From Botryllus schlosseri (lineage: Eukaryota): 64,000 bases of DNA. Under the pieces are notes generated by a model. The model was not told where the DNA came from, searched no databases, and worked only from the letters and a program-made list of their open reading frames with translations. Positions 27,434 to 40,558 of this stretch are shown here, in pieces. The stretch covers positions 14,386,001-14,450,000 of the forward strand of contig CM119372.1 in the NCBI GenBank assembly GCA_051294905.1, given 5' to 3'. Position 1 is the first letter of the stretch. Each line of letters opens with the position of its first letter. The translations under genes and the position numbers were made by a program.

Positions 27434-30400
27434 ATGGATCCGAGGGCGACGGGGGACATGGAGATAGCCTCAAAACGCGCCAATGAAAAATCTGATCTGC
27501 AAAATCTGAACCATCGGTTCGCTGCATACATCCAGGCCGTTCGGTCAGCGCACGACATCGAAGTAATTGATGATCAGTACCGTAGTATCGGCGGAACAAT
27601 CTCCTTTTGAAATTATATAACATATTTCAGGCACAGAGAAAAGTTTTGCTATCGTCCAGTGAAACCGAGGAACGGTCATTTCAGACTCTGAAATCACAGT
27701 ATGAGCAGCAGATTAGTGAACTACAAGCAAAGATAGATGATATTTCCAGAGAAAAACAAGAGCTCGAACTCAATCGAAGTGCATATGATACCACTCTTTC
27801 GGAATACGAATCTAGGTATGTGAAGATCGTGAATCAATATTGGGTGATCCAGTGTTGCTAGTGCATGAAACGATGAAAGTAGTCATTGATTAATGTTAGT
27901 GTTACAAGCTATACGGTATATAGCCTAGGTACACCTACCATAGTAATTTTACCAGTAGGCTACCAATCAAGTGCCAAGTTTGTCAACACTCCTATGTTAT
28001 GTAGTTGTTGTAGTCTTGCACTTATCCTAATTTGACTGTTAGAAATTTGTTGTTCTGCTCTCACCCTAAGTTGCTATGTCAGTTGATACGATAATATTAT
28101 ATGATTGATTGGTGAATGTGATATTTTCACTATAAATCATATTCAAAATAATTCTTATTGTATCTTATTGCTGGTTGCTAAAGTATGGGATCTGCATCAA
28201 TTTGCAATGTGAACTTGCACATGAGTTGACTCACAATGTATAGGAGATAGCTGTAACATATCTGAAACTTATCAACAATGCAATATTTGATTGATTGGTT
28301 GATTGATTTATTGATTATATCAATCTGATTATACCGAAGCATTTACTTAGCGGTATATTTATATTTCTGCAGAGTCGTGGCGTTAAATCAATGTATATTC
28401 GAGAAGCAAAACGACTTCCAGCGTCTGCACAGCGCCTTGGCAGCGAAAGATGTTGAAATTCAGGAAGCCAAATCGGATGCGATTCAACCTCGTCTCGCTC
28501 TGGACGGAGCAAGAATGGAAATTGAAGACCTTAAAAAGAGACTGCAAGAGTCTGACCGAAGGTATTAGTTTGTTGAAGTATTTTCAAACCCAATTTGCAT
28601 CTTAATGTGGTGTTCTTAGATTGCAACTTGAAATTGCATCGAAGGGAGAGTTGGAACAAATTTTATCTGATCTGCAAGGAAAAATGCAGAGAGAGATTGC
28701 TATTTACCAAGAAGTAGGTTGATTATATCATTTTATGTAATATTGTAACCTTTAATGTTTGATTTCAAACAAGTATATGGCTGTGAAGTATCATTAAAAA
28801 TGATTTGCATTCGGTATACACTTCGATGACTTCGGTTTCATTGTCTTCCTTTATGCAAGATTAGTAACATCATTTTTTAAATAAAGGAACTGACCGGGGT
28901 GCGACATAAATTGGAGAAATCCCACGAGTTGACGTTGCAGCTGGAAGAGAAAGTAAGAAATGCAAATCACAGTGATTCCAGCTTGGTAGAGTTGATGAAG
29001 AAAGTGAGAGAAGCCAGTGAAGCAGAGCTGAGACGCTTTATGGACGAAACTGAAGCGAAGTATAACTTGAATGTGAGTAATAGGTAGCCTATATGTTATA
29101 GGCTGGATAAAATATTCTATTTAGAAATTGGCTCTATTGTACAAATATATGAGAAAATTTTGGAAACTTCCTTTTTGTAATTGATTTCATTCCGTTCCAA
29201 AGTGACATTGTGACAGGATCGCTCCTGTTCGAATGCTTATTACCTTGCTTGTGGTAAAGATTGATTTCATATTTCAATGTTGCTCATTTAACTCTTAAGA
29301 ACATAGTTGAAATTAAGCATAAGTCTCTAATTGACTGGGATATTAAGTTTGCCTCTAAAAACTGCAATCTTCCATATTACTTTCCAAAATTAATTTTTTC
29401 GTGCAAATATAATGTTTGCCATGACATTTTCATTTAGTCCAGAAACTACAGAAATACTAAAGCCTGATATTTTCAATTCACACTCGATTGGTCAGTAATT
29501 TGGTTTGAGCCGCTGTAGGAGTGCCCTATTTCCTTTGGTAAATTCAGCAATCTATATATATATATATGTGAAATACAAGCATTTTTGATTAGATTCAAGA
29601 AGTCAAAATGCGTATGGATGCCGACGTCAAACATCTGACTGCCCTAGCTGAAGAGAATGCTCAACTAAAAAGTCAACTGGACGCACAATTGTCAGACATA
29701 AGATCATATGAATCCAAAGTAAGCTAAATCCTAGTAAACTGCAGAGTTGTCCGTGTCAAACCTTGCCGCGTAACAGTTGGCAATGTTGGAAGAACAAAGG
29801 CAAGCTGCTGAGAAAGCATCGGCAAGTGAAAAGACAATGTGTCAAGCCACTGTGAGGAACCTTGAAGTCAAACTCCAGGTACATGCCTTATTTATATTTT
29901 AAAATAACTTTGTAGTTTGGTAAGAACACGAAACACTTTCTAGAGGTCAAGCATATAATTTGAATGGTAGGCCTATAAATTAATTAATCATATGTTTAGG
30001 TTCCTGTATGGGCATTGAGTGATGCTGGATTTCAAATACACCGTTGGGCGCTGGTAATCCTTGATTCTGAATGAAATCTTGATTTTACTCAGCTCTCCAT
30101 TCTAACAGATGTTATAATAAATTGACATTTCATTAACAAGCCGAGAATCAAGTGGTTGTTATTGGCACTTGCAGGCCCTACTACTCAGCTACTCTGCCAG
30201 ACAACTGTCAATCGATATAAAAATTGAAGCTACCAAAAGGATAACGGGACAAAAGCTCTCTAAACCGTACTGTAGTGTCTGGAGACTATCGATGTATAAA
30301 TTGCCTTTGTCGACTTTGATTTGTTTATATTGACTTCAGGAAACGCAAGACCTACTGCTTGTAAAAATTCAAGAGCTCGGCGCCGCTCAAGAGGCTAACA

Positions 30401-33400
30401 TCCCTCTGCGTGCTGAGATAAATGCTCTGAAAGTTTTAATTGAGGAGGAAGAAAAGAGGTGGGTGCACTTCAAAGTGTTGTGCTTATTAACCCAACTACC
30501 AAAATTCCCATCCTGATTTCGTCGCCGAAAACAGCCATACCATCTATGATGCCATGCCACATGCAGTGAATTGTTTAGCTTATTACATGCATTTTTTTAC
30601 CGCATAACAAATATCCATTGAAATATCTATGTCCAAAAATAGTCAGTGCTGTTCAGTCGGGTGGCATGAAAGTACATTGAGAGATACTTTCTCTTATTTG
30701 CGTGTAAATACACAATAAGAAAATGTTAAGAGCAATAACATAAAAAAACACAGTCGTGTAGTCTTTCGCACAGGATATAGTATGATCAATGCCACCTTTA
30801 AAAGGTCAGTTTGTTTGATCACACTAGCACACATTTCAGGACACTGTATGTGTTTATGAACTGCACCATGATATCAAAGAACAATAATAAAGAAAATATA
30901 TCCATGATAAAAACTAACAAAAGCAGATGAACAGCATGTACAAAGTTACTAACAGATTTCGTAGTTGTCATGATAACAGCATCAGAGAGACAGACAGTGT
31001 ATACAATATATACAATCTTCACTGAAACAGCAACAATTAAGCTTGTGTGTAGATGTTAAAACAGCTGCCTGATTAACTGTCAAAATAACGATACACTATA
31101 AATCTTGAAAATTTTGTGATTGACCAAGATCTCTGCAGACATTGTTATTTCTGTGATCGATAAAAAATTAATAACAAGTGCATGCGTGAGCGTGAGTGTC
31201 TCTACTTAAGATCTTTTGTATTCCGCGCTCAGATTGAATCTTGAAACATTGGCGCCGGGCAGCCCATTCGCTTCCGCGATGGGAAATCGCCAACAGCTCA
31301 CGACTTCAACAGCATTTCTGGAGAGTCTCGGGCTGGACTCACGCAAGCAGGCGGAAAACGCGCGGCTCGGCTTATCGTCAAATTCCAATCAAACTAGCGG
31401 AACGGGCTATAATTACACAGGCTCTTTTCTGCAAGCCGCAGGACATCAGCAAACTCGCCCCGGCTCCGAGCCCAACAAGTCGAGCTCTTTCGACAGGCAC
31501 GGTTACTCAAAGTTCTCCGCTACCAACCTACCATCGAATTATTCAGATGCGGGTGCAGGTTACGATGACCGTAAAGTGAGTTGTATTCTGTATGATAAGT
31601 TATCTGTATTATCACTCTTTTGTTCCTATATTATATATAAGATTTTATTTCTGTTTTCATACAAAACACTCTATGACTGTATGATGTTTGAACTGAACAA
31701 CCACGTATTCTGGTTCTGGTTGAGATGAAGATCGTCATATCTACGGTACCAGTCAAGATGCATATTTGCATTGGTTGAAAACTCTAATCCTGTGCCGCTG
31801 TTTCATAACCTGCTATACTATGAGATGATTTGTTATTTATTGCAGGTGAGAACAGCAGTGCCCACGAACCGGTCCGCCTATAGTCCGAGGTACGATTTTC
31901 AAAATAACCAATCCAGCGGGGAATCGCAGTATCCTGTCGGCATCGACAATGCAGATAAACCGCAATCCGATCAGTGCGGCCCGGAGACAATACCCCGCCG
32001 TCCGCTCAGCGCTGCTAGAACGAGATTTATTCCTCCCTCAGGAAGTGAGTGCAGTTCGTTTCTTTCTTTTAAAACTGCAACGGCGTTATCAACGATTACT
32101 TCTTAAATACGCAATTACAATAACGAGTAGCACTTGGTTATGATTACACGGAAAATTAATCCGAATTACATACAATTGCAATGCTTACTTGATCTTGACC
32201 CTTGAACATATATTCGAAGACTATAATAACAATAGAGATAAGACTGTGTTATGTGGGTACAAATCTTTTGAAAAATGTGACATCATTTGCTTATTACATC
32301 ATACAGGTACAGAACTTTGAAATTGAATAATATATTCATACGGAAATAAACCAAAATATTTCCAGCTGACACTCATCAACCACTTGTCGCCTGAGCCTGA
32401 CGAGTGTCAGCCGAAAATAATCGGGTTTATCTCAATATGAATGTTTTATTCAATTGTCTACTATTCTCAATGCAGAACTTTGATGCCGACGATTTTCAGC
32501 CTCAACTCATTTTTGCTGTAGCTACAACCCATGCTAACATGATATATGCGGCTGATTGAAAGAATTTCCAAATTATGAGTAGGGAATGACGAATTAACAA
32601 TTTGTGCCCACTTCATGTAGGACAGCAGGAGAATAAGACATGAAATTTTCTTAAACAAATGTAAAACTAACAAGTTGGGTACCGTACTCCTTTTACAAAG
32701 CAATCGATTATATGCCAACTTATCGATTACGATGAAAGTGATATTGTATTCGATTATGATTACAAATCACCAGGGTTGTAACCAAGTCACAAGGCTCCGA
32801 GTCACAAGTCAATCTCACTTTTATAGTTTTGACTCGAGTCAAGTCGAGTCATTTCAATTCGCCACCGAGTCAAGTCCGAGTCCAAGTCAGCGAGCAGAGG
32901 GTTGAGTCCGAGTCATGGAATTATGACTCGAGTCCGAGTCCAAGTCATTGTGTAGACTGCTCAGTTTTCAGTTAAAGTCTTGGTAAACCCACTTTTTATA
33001 ACTCTGTTTGATGATATCGAATGTTTCGCATTTATAATGTACAAATTTTCCTCACTTTTAGCAGTTTCTGGTCGCATATTCAAGTACCAGTACCAACAGA
33101 CTAGATCCCAATAGTGTGTGGGCTTCGGAATTACAATGAAATGCCGGTCTTATGGCGGTCTGAGTCTCGAGTCAATGACTTGGTTCGAGTCATGCGCAAT
33201 GACTCGAGTCCAAGTCGAGTCAATACACAGACTGACTCGAGTCGAGTCATTTCCGTATTTTGAAAAAGTGACTCGAGTCATCACAAAATCGTGACTCGAG
33301 TCGGACTCGAGTCGAGTCATGACTCGAGTCATTACAACCCTGCAAATCACGGATTGCCCCATTTCTGTTTATGTTGCAGGTCAAGGCAAGGATTACTTTA

Positions 33401-36400
33401 ATGTGATGTTCAACGACCTGCGCAAGGATACCTTATATTCTAAAGTTACGGAAGATGGTGCCGGTCACGCGACTGCACAAGTATCGTCGTCGGTTGACCA
33501 GGATTACATCAATTCGACGTCAAGGTGAATTGCTATTTTCATGCTTTGAAACGTTTAAAAATAGTGATGCTTCGTCTCTTCATCACTGCATATCAGGATT
33601 CGATTATTTCACTGTCACTGTCATTATGATTGATTTTCGTGATGATTTCTTCATTCTGTCACAGTCAATCAATTTGAAATAGCAAAATATTCAATTTCGA
33701 TCACATCAAAAAGTAATTGGTAATATACCTAGTCCACTTACAAAGCCGAGATATAGAACAATGTTGAACTTTACCATAAATTGGTAGTACTGGAGTAATT
33801 TAATCGGTTTTTGGGCTTGGTGTAAAACGTCATGGTAACAACATCCTTCAGTAATGGTCAATAGCCACTTTGTAACCGTTGACTATTTGTACGAAGCCTT
33901 CGTAAATGGGCATTGACTTGATATGAAATGACTAGGAATCTTGCTTTTGAATGAAACTTCATTCAGTAACAGCAATTTGGAGTCACTGTAATAACATAAA
34001 TATTATAATAAACAATTATTAATACTTCAAGCGATAATCCGTGAACCCGTTGTACTAGTGTTTTCATATGTTCAAGATAAACAATGAACAATGTGATACA
34101 ATGATCAGATAGGAAGCTATCCAGATTGTTAGCCATGCCATGAAGATTATCTTCAGCGCTGTTATTTTGCAGTCTTCTCTCCAGTGCATATGTGCCGTGC
34201 CTGTCACTTTTTCCAAAGCAAGTAATAAATAGTCCCATTCCGTGTTGCAGTCAAATATGGCTATCTGTTAGTTGATATTAAGTTATCAAGTAATTTTTAA
34301 ACATGAGTGGAATTATACCTTTATAATATGATTGAAATCAGTTTTCAGTTCTGGGATCTTGATTTTTTATTCGTGGCAGCTCTGTTTCATCAGAGCTGTT
34401 GACCATGGAATCGGGTTATTGAAGTATTGACACATCCTTTTTGTACAGCAGCATGGCGAGTAAATCTGGAGATCATGTTAGAGCTTGGTATACCGGAACA
34501 TCAACCAGGTTATTTTCATGATACGGCTAAACTGGCGGTGTGTTTATGTGAAGCCCGGGAATTAAAACATTTCCATTAATTCCTTTTTTGATTCAAACTA
34601 ATTCTATCCTTTCTATGTCTTGCTTTAGGCAACTTTTTGATTTTGTCTATGATAATTTTGCCCCATCTGTTCCTTCACAGATCATTTCTCTTATATCCTT
34701 GGTTTGATTTGCATGACTTGGCTTGTTCTTAATTAAGGTAGTCTCTCCTATAATCTCCACTCTATTCTTTTGTTGATAGTAAAGTCTTTGTGTATCCAGC
34801 AACCAGAATTGGGCATCCGGCGTGATTATATTAATATTATTAAATGCATTTATTATAACGTTACAATAAATGTTTTGCGTAATCAGCATTATTTATTATG
34901 ATATTAACAGTGACTATTGCACTTGTGGTATAATCCTATAACAGCAATTAGATAGATGTTAAATCTCAGTATCTCAATTATGATTGATATTAATCGGTAC
35001 AGTGTTGCAGTTTATTGCTATATAGATATTAATTCAAATGTGTAGAGGTGCAGTGTGACCAATAGACATTCAAAGGAAAAATTATTTTTCATCCAACTGT
35101 TTTTGGAACCATTCCAGTAAGATTAATTGTATCTTTGTTATGTTAAAATTCAAGCCACTATTGTCTGGTTTTCATTGCTACGTAGGCCTATAGCCTATGC
35201 TTATGAAATAAAATAACTACATGTTCCTCAAGTACCGCAATCTTTGTGTAGTGTTGTCTCAATAGTAAGTCCTTACTAAACTTTCCAAGTACCGAAGCAA
35301 GTCAATTTTTATTAACATTTTCAATATACTCGGCGATTGGAGATGTTGATATTGTTAATGACAAGTACTGATAATGTACCAACAACGGGCCGTCTTAATT
35401 TTAGTGCTACCGGAAACTTGAAAGTTCTCCAGATAGCAGATGATGGCTCATCTGTCACCATCACCAATTCTTCATCGACCCAGGAGGAAAACCTCGGAGG
35501 CTTCATGTTGCAGCAAAACGTCGGTGGTCACGTTGTCGCTGTCTTCAGATTCCCTCCGAGAGCGTCGCTACGGGCAGCCTCGTCGACAACCGTAAGCTCG
35601 CTGTTAGCATGGGGCAAAATTTACTGCTCTTTTGTCATCCTTGATTGTTCTACAATCTGTACGGCAGTTTGGGTAGTTTTGTCCTAAACAGTTTACAAAG
35701 CAGTTATTAAGTCGAAATTTCATAGCCTTTGATACTTTCTTAATAATGAAGGGCAAATTTACTAAAAAGATAATATGTATTATTTTCAGAGGTGGTTAGT
35801 AACGAAGTGGTGCACTCAAGTAGGTTTCGAATATTTGCACTACTTACTCCAGTGGTTATGTTTTTAGACTACTTTCAATTCTAATTTAATTCGAATTACA
35901 ACCTTTTTTGGGCAAAAGTACTTACTTTTACACTTTTTATCTAGAAAAGTACAAAGTACTTCTGTTTTGAGTGTCCATCGGTTTGATGAGTGAGATTGGC
36001 TTAAGAACACCATGAAATAGCCTTTGTTATATGGTAACTGAATATATCTGTGAAGGTGGTACCTATTTATAGTATCATTGGTGATTTTTGACCAATCACG
36101 AAGATACATTTTGCAATTTTGAAAGTAGCCTCCTCCAATTAACTGCTAAAGGTATACGAACTTCGAGTATGCTTCATACATTTCATTTTCTCATTCCACT
36201 TGCAGTAGTTTTGATATGTCCTGGGAATTGCTAGTTGCATTTGTATTTGGGTAGAAATTTACGGTGACTCTTTTGCTGTAGTAGCAATGATGGCTACTGT
36301 GATAAACTCTGGTTATATTGAGTAATGCTTGAAAAATACTATGCCATAATTGTGTCCGTATCTTTTCTCTTGTACATGTTTAAGAGTTTAATTCACTAAT

Positions 36401-38234
36401 GTGTTCCTTAATTCTCTTGGATAACCTTGAAGCAGAAATGTTCATTGCAACCAAAGATTGAGCCTTCATCTCGTAGTTCAGCATCAGATTGTGTATCTAC
36501 CAGGATATTGTGCTTGTCATTCTGAGATTATTGTCAAACTATAGTGATAATGGCTCACCGACATGTTCTGCTTCTCAGTAAACAGGAACTTAATTACGAT
36601 CTCTCATCGGCAGGTGTGGAGCGCAAAAGCTGTAAATGGAGTGCACAACCCGCCTTATCATTACATATGGTCGAAATTAGATAAGTGGGGCACCGGACCA
36701 GAATGTACCACAATATTATGTCAAGCGAATGGCCAGGCGGTGGCTTGGATGACATCTGCACCGGTATGTTTTGTTTGTTACAAATTTGCCCCGAGGTTGA
36801 TCAATTTTCGTTTCAGAGGGTTGTGAAGAAATCAAAAATGAAATATGCGCCTAATGTGAAGCAACAAACCGAGGAAACCAGGAAGTTGTTGGAAGACCTT
36901 CGAGTCAAGGTATTGCACTTTGATGTGCGACTTGTGACCCTATTTATAAAAGGTCTAGTTTTATTCACAAGCGTAGAAGCCCGTTTGCCAAGTTGCTTCA
37001 TAAATGTAATTCAACTGTTGCAAAGCTTGATTTTCACCATGTTCGGTAGAATCAAATGAACGATGACGACTCTATCGTGGAAGATGACGTCTCGGAGAAT
37101 AGCTGGAAACCAGACGCTGTGGTACTTCCAGATTCGTATACTAAGAAACCAGTGCTATATTCTAACGACGGCAACAGCCCGAATACCCTGCCAAGTATTA
37201 ACAAGTGAGTGAATTACTTTTCTGGGAATCGCATTTACATATCACACAGAAACCTGAAAGTTCTTTTGAACAGCCGGTCATTCAAATGCGCTTGACACTA
37301 AGTGCAACTGTGAATATGTTGTTCAGGATTGGCATTTCAGCAAGACAACAACTATGAAATCGCATCATAACCAGAGGTGGTCAAAGTATTCATCATTGAT
37401 ACTCAAATAGAAGTAGCAGTAGAAATTTCCAATTAAGTAACAAATTAACTATTTTCTGCCTAGTTTTGTCTAAAAAACTGGAAACTGTTAAGTAGAAGTG
37501 GCAGTATTGTAAAATCATAACCACTTGAGTAAGTAGTGCAAGTAGACAAAACCTAATTGAGTAGGCCTACTCTGAAAAAGTAAAAGTATTTTGTTACAGA
37601 CCTCCTCTGAATAACCGATTTGAATTTTGCAAGCATCAAGTGTCACAAATGTCACTTATCTCTTTCACATTCTATGGCCAGCTCTGCACCATTTGTGATA
37701 ATGTCATTTTTCACCGCCTTTTCCAAGCGTTTGACAGGCTGGATTTCGTCGGATAACTGCAAATATCTGACTTCAATTCACAGGTCAAAACACATGAAGA
37801 CCTCCGTCACTTCGGGACTTCTCCCATCGCGAACGGGAGCGTCTCCTTTACACCTCCACCAATCGAGAACCACGGCCACCCATCAAGTGAGTGAAAATGG
37901 TGAAACAGAACATCCCTACTCCCCGCCATACGCCCCACAGCACGAAGACAACGGTAGAGTCGAACTGTCCGCCGATAGGCCGGTAGCTCGTGTAAATGGC
38001 CGCAGAATCGTGAAGTCAGCTCCGGAAAAATATGGAATTGACAATGAACGTAAAGTCACGCCTGGGCAGAGTGTGCGCATGCACCTTCCCGGGACCTTCT
38101 GGTCACCGGGCGAGCAGCACGCGAAGGGCATGCAGTGGATAAACGCCCAGCACAATGCCAACTTCATACCTCCCATGCCCAAAGCGTTTCCGTGTGTGAA
38201 ACCGATATATCGCAATGGCTCCCATACACGATAA
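27434..38234 (+). CDS. LMNTD1: Intermediate-filament protein with a lamin-type rod and an LMNTD1/IFLTD1-type lamin-tail domain, no CaaX; 16 exons, about 950 aa
   Basis: Exons 27434-27562, 27631-27815, 28373-28561, 28620-28713, 28887-29072, 29593-29718, 29777-29878, 30340-30458, 31233-31575, 31846-32044, 33380-33524, 35405-35591, 36614-36763, 36817-36909, 37050-37204, 37784-38234 (2853 nt, in frame). Coil 1A: EKSDLQNLNHRFAAYIQAVRS. Rod end: LRAEINALKVLIEEEEKRL. LTD: ATGNLKV...LQQNVGG...FRFPP...TTVWSA...HNPP...CTTILCQANGQAVAW, which from memory resembles vertebrate LMNTD1. The symbol rests on the LTD only. Confidence 0.82.
32771..33342. mobile_element. hAT-type MITE (CAGGGTTGTA family), opposite orientation
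   Basis: TIR CAGGGTTGTAA...TTACAACCCTG. Exact TSD CAAATCAC. Confidence 0.88.
34449..34508 (+). other. Candidate alternative 60-nt exon of the LMNTD1-like gene, containing an in-frame ATG
   Basis: tacAG|c agc ATG GCG AGT AAA ... TCA ACC AG|GTtatt encodes SMASKSGDHVRAWYTGTST. It is phase 2 at both ends, matching the phase-2 intron 33525-35404. Confidence 0.45.
37372..37609. mobile_element. MITE of the CAGAGGTGGTCA/AGTAGAAGTA family
   Basis: Ends CAGAGGTGGTC...GACCTCCTCTG. Degenerate relatives lie near 5636-6130, 26341, 35788, 41124-41386, 44790-45070, 51070-51600 and 53620-53710. Confidence 0.6.
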
Positions 38235-40120
38235 ATCACTTAGGGCCGGTTCACTCGCGTCACATCCAACGACGTAACTCTGCCTAACGTCTTATTTTAT
38301 AATTCCTTGCTTTTGCTAGCAACTGCTGAGTCAACTGTACAGTCTGAATTTTTGAGAAAGGCCGGAACGATAGCGTCGGTATGAATGCAACAAGTGCATG
38401 TTATGTTCTGCTCAAAAATTTTGCTACCCATGTTAATTTATACATTTAATTGCCGGACGATATTGTAGATCGGCATGGAATCATCTCAATCAATTTAGAT
38501 TCTTCAATGTAGATCGAAATCTGCCTGCTCTGTAATACTGATCATGAAAGTTCTACCTACTAACTGATGTTTGCTATCATTGCTGATTCCGATACAAACA
38601 TTTTCTTCTGCTCTTCTCATCTCAATCTACTTAACCGTAGTTGATAATGACATCTGTAGCGTGATATATTAATCTCCATTCAAGCTAAATTCTTCACATA
38701 TATATCTCGAATATGATCTTCATCTCTGATTTCCAGTAGCATGTGATTGACATTTAGCATTATTCATTTATGCCCATATTCCAGACTAGTGGCAGATTTA
38801 CCCATATATATATATATATATGTATATCTTGCAAATCTAATCTCTCATCAGACACAAGTGCCCAACTGCCCATAGACACAATAGCTTGAGATTGAACTGT
38901 GGAATAGTCTGATATCTGGAGACGGAATCATTTTTGAACCGACAGAGTTACCTGGAAAATTAATCCATTTTATGTTGTTCTCATTTTTCTCAATGTTGTG
39001 TCATTAAAAAATTCCTGCCACAAGATTCTGTAGATAAGCATCCAACAATTTTTGGGCAATTAGGCATTCATTTTCGGAAACTCCTGCGCATCTCTTTGAT
39101 TATTATCCCAATGCTGATATCTTCATATCATGTTAGGATTTGCGACCAATTGTGATGAGAAACAGAGACCTTGTCAAGCTCACCACACAGAAGACTGCCA
39201 GATCAAAGTACGGTTTTGACTACATGGCGTATCCTCCGAAAGTAACTAATTATGATGGCACAGTCCGATAAATTTTGGAAGGTTTCATATTATTTCAAGT
39301 ACTCGTTTGGAAGGCTTTCTCTTTAGCTTTCTCAACTGAAGCATGCAAATATTTTACTTCAATTTTAGTGACAGATTGCCTGTAATTTTTTACCATATGA
39401 AATCGAGCACTTCAGAGGTAAATTTAGTATTATCTATCACATGAAAACCTGTTTATCCTAGTTATTCACTATTTACATATACATTTCTGCTTATGTTGTG
39501 CCATGACACTGCACGTTCTAGAATTATTCTGTACTAGAAACAGTTCTTTATCATCCCGTAGAGCATAATATTTCTACTCATCAGTATTAAGGATGCTCAA
39601 ACAATGTTTGTGCTCCTCAAGTAGTTGACAATAATCTTGTAGTGGAATAACCCAATTTTGTGATTGTTCCTTCTTGTGTTTATTATGATCATGCGATATT
39701 TGAATCAATAAAGTGTGACCATATATTGAATTATGTTCCAATTGTAGCTCAATCCATTTTCGTATGTATGCTTTATGAATATTGAAGTTATTTCTGCAAC
39801 ATGAAATTACTGTGATGGCGTCGTGCACTAAATGTTTAATAAATTACTGGACCTTTTCCAGTTGCACTACTGTAGGGTATATATTTATGGTTATCACTTT
39901 GAATTGATCTTGTATATATATTTCTAATAAATGATGATGAAATTCTGTCCCTTCGAAGTCATGGACCGAGCTGAATTGTCGCAATATTTACCCAGGGACA
40001 GAAAAATACATCTATACAGCTTGTCCTAATTTAGGACCCCATATAATGGTTGGGATACTTGCCACGAGAGTACAGAGAACAGATCGTCCAATTGAGAGGA
40101 AGATGTTTAAAGCAGTAATG

Positions 40121-40558
40121 TAGGCTTACCATATTTTGGAATACTAAAAAGAGGACACTTTTTCATAAATTTCCAACTTTCAAAATCGGAGTAGAATTCT
40201 CGAAAACCGGTTAATTTTTCCCACTTTGTGACTGGTTAACTAAAAAAAAAAAAAAGGTCATCTTTTCCGCTCAGATCTCAAAATAACGTTTTTTACTCCA
40301 CATCGCCAGATGGATGACTAAAAAAAAAAAAGGTCATCTTTTCGGTCAGAGCTAAAATCACCGTTTTTCACCCGTCGGAGCTTCACGTCTGTGCTAATAT
40401 GAGGCATATCACTCGCAATTTGCTCTAAATCTGCTCTAAATCCTAAAAAAGAGGACAAAATCTCAAAAAAGAGGACAAAAGGGCGTCCTCCGAGGACACT
40501 TTCAAAAAAGTCAAAAAAGAGGACAAATCCTCTTAAAAGAGGACGTATGGTAAGCCTA
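40121..40558. mobile_element. hAT-type MITE (TAGGCTTACCA/GAGGACA family), reverse of 25478-25930
   Basis: Same TIR as 25478-25930. Flanking duplication AGTAATG (7 bp match). Confidence 0.85.

Noticed and set aside
32395..32420. CTGACGAG...CGAAA as a hammerhead ribozyme core
   Set aside because: No stem II can form between the motifs. The sequence is one arm of a palindromic element.
33963..34889. Minus-strand ORFs (91 and 80 aa) as a nested gene
   Set aside because: I found no recognisable domain and no consistent splice chain joining them.
27434..38234. Calling the IF gene a canonical B-type nuclear lamin
   Set aside because: It has no CaaX and no clear NLS or CDK site, the linker and post-LTD tail are very long, and the LTD has LMNTD1-type motifs.
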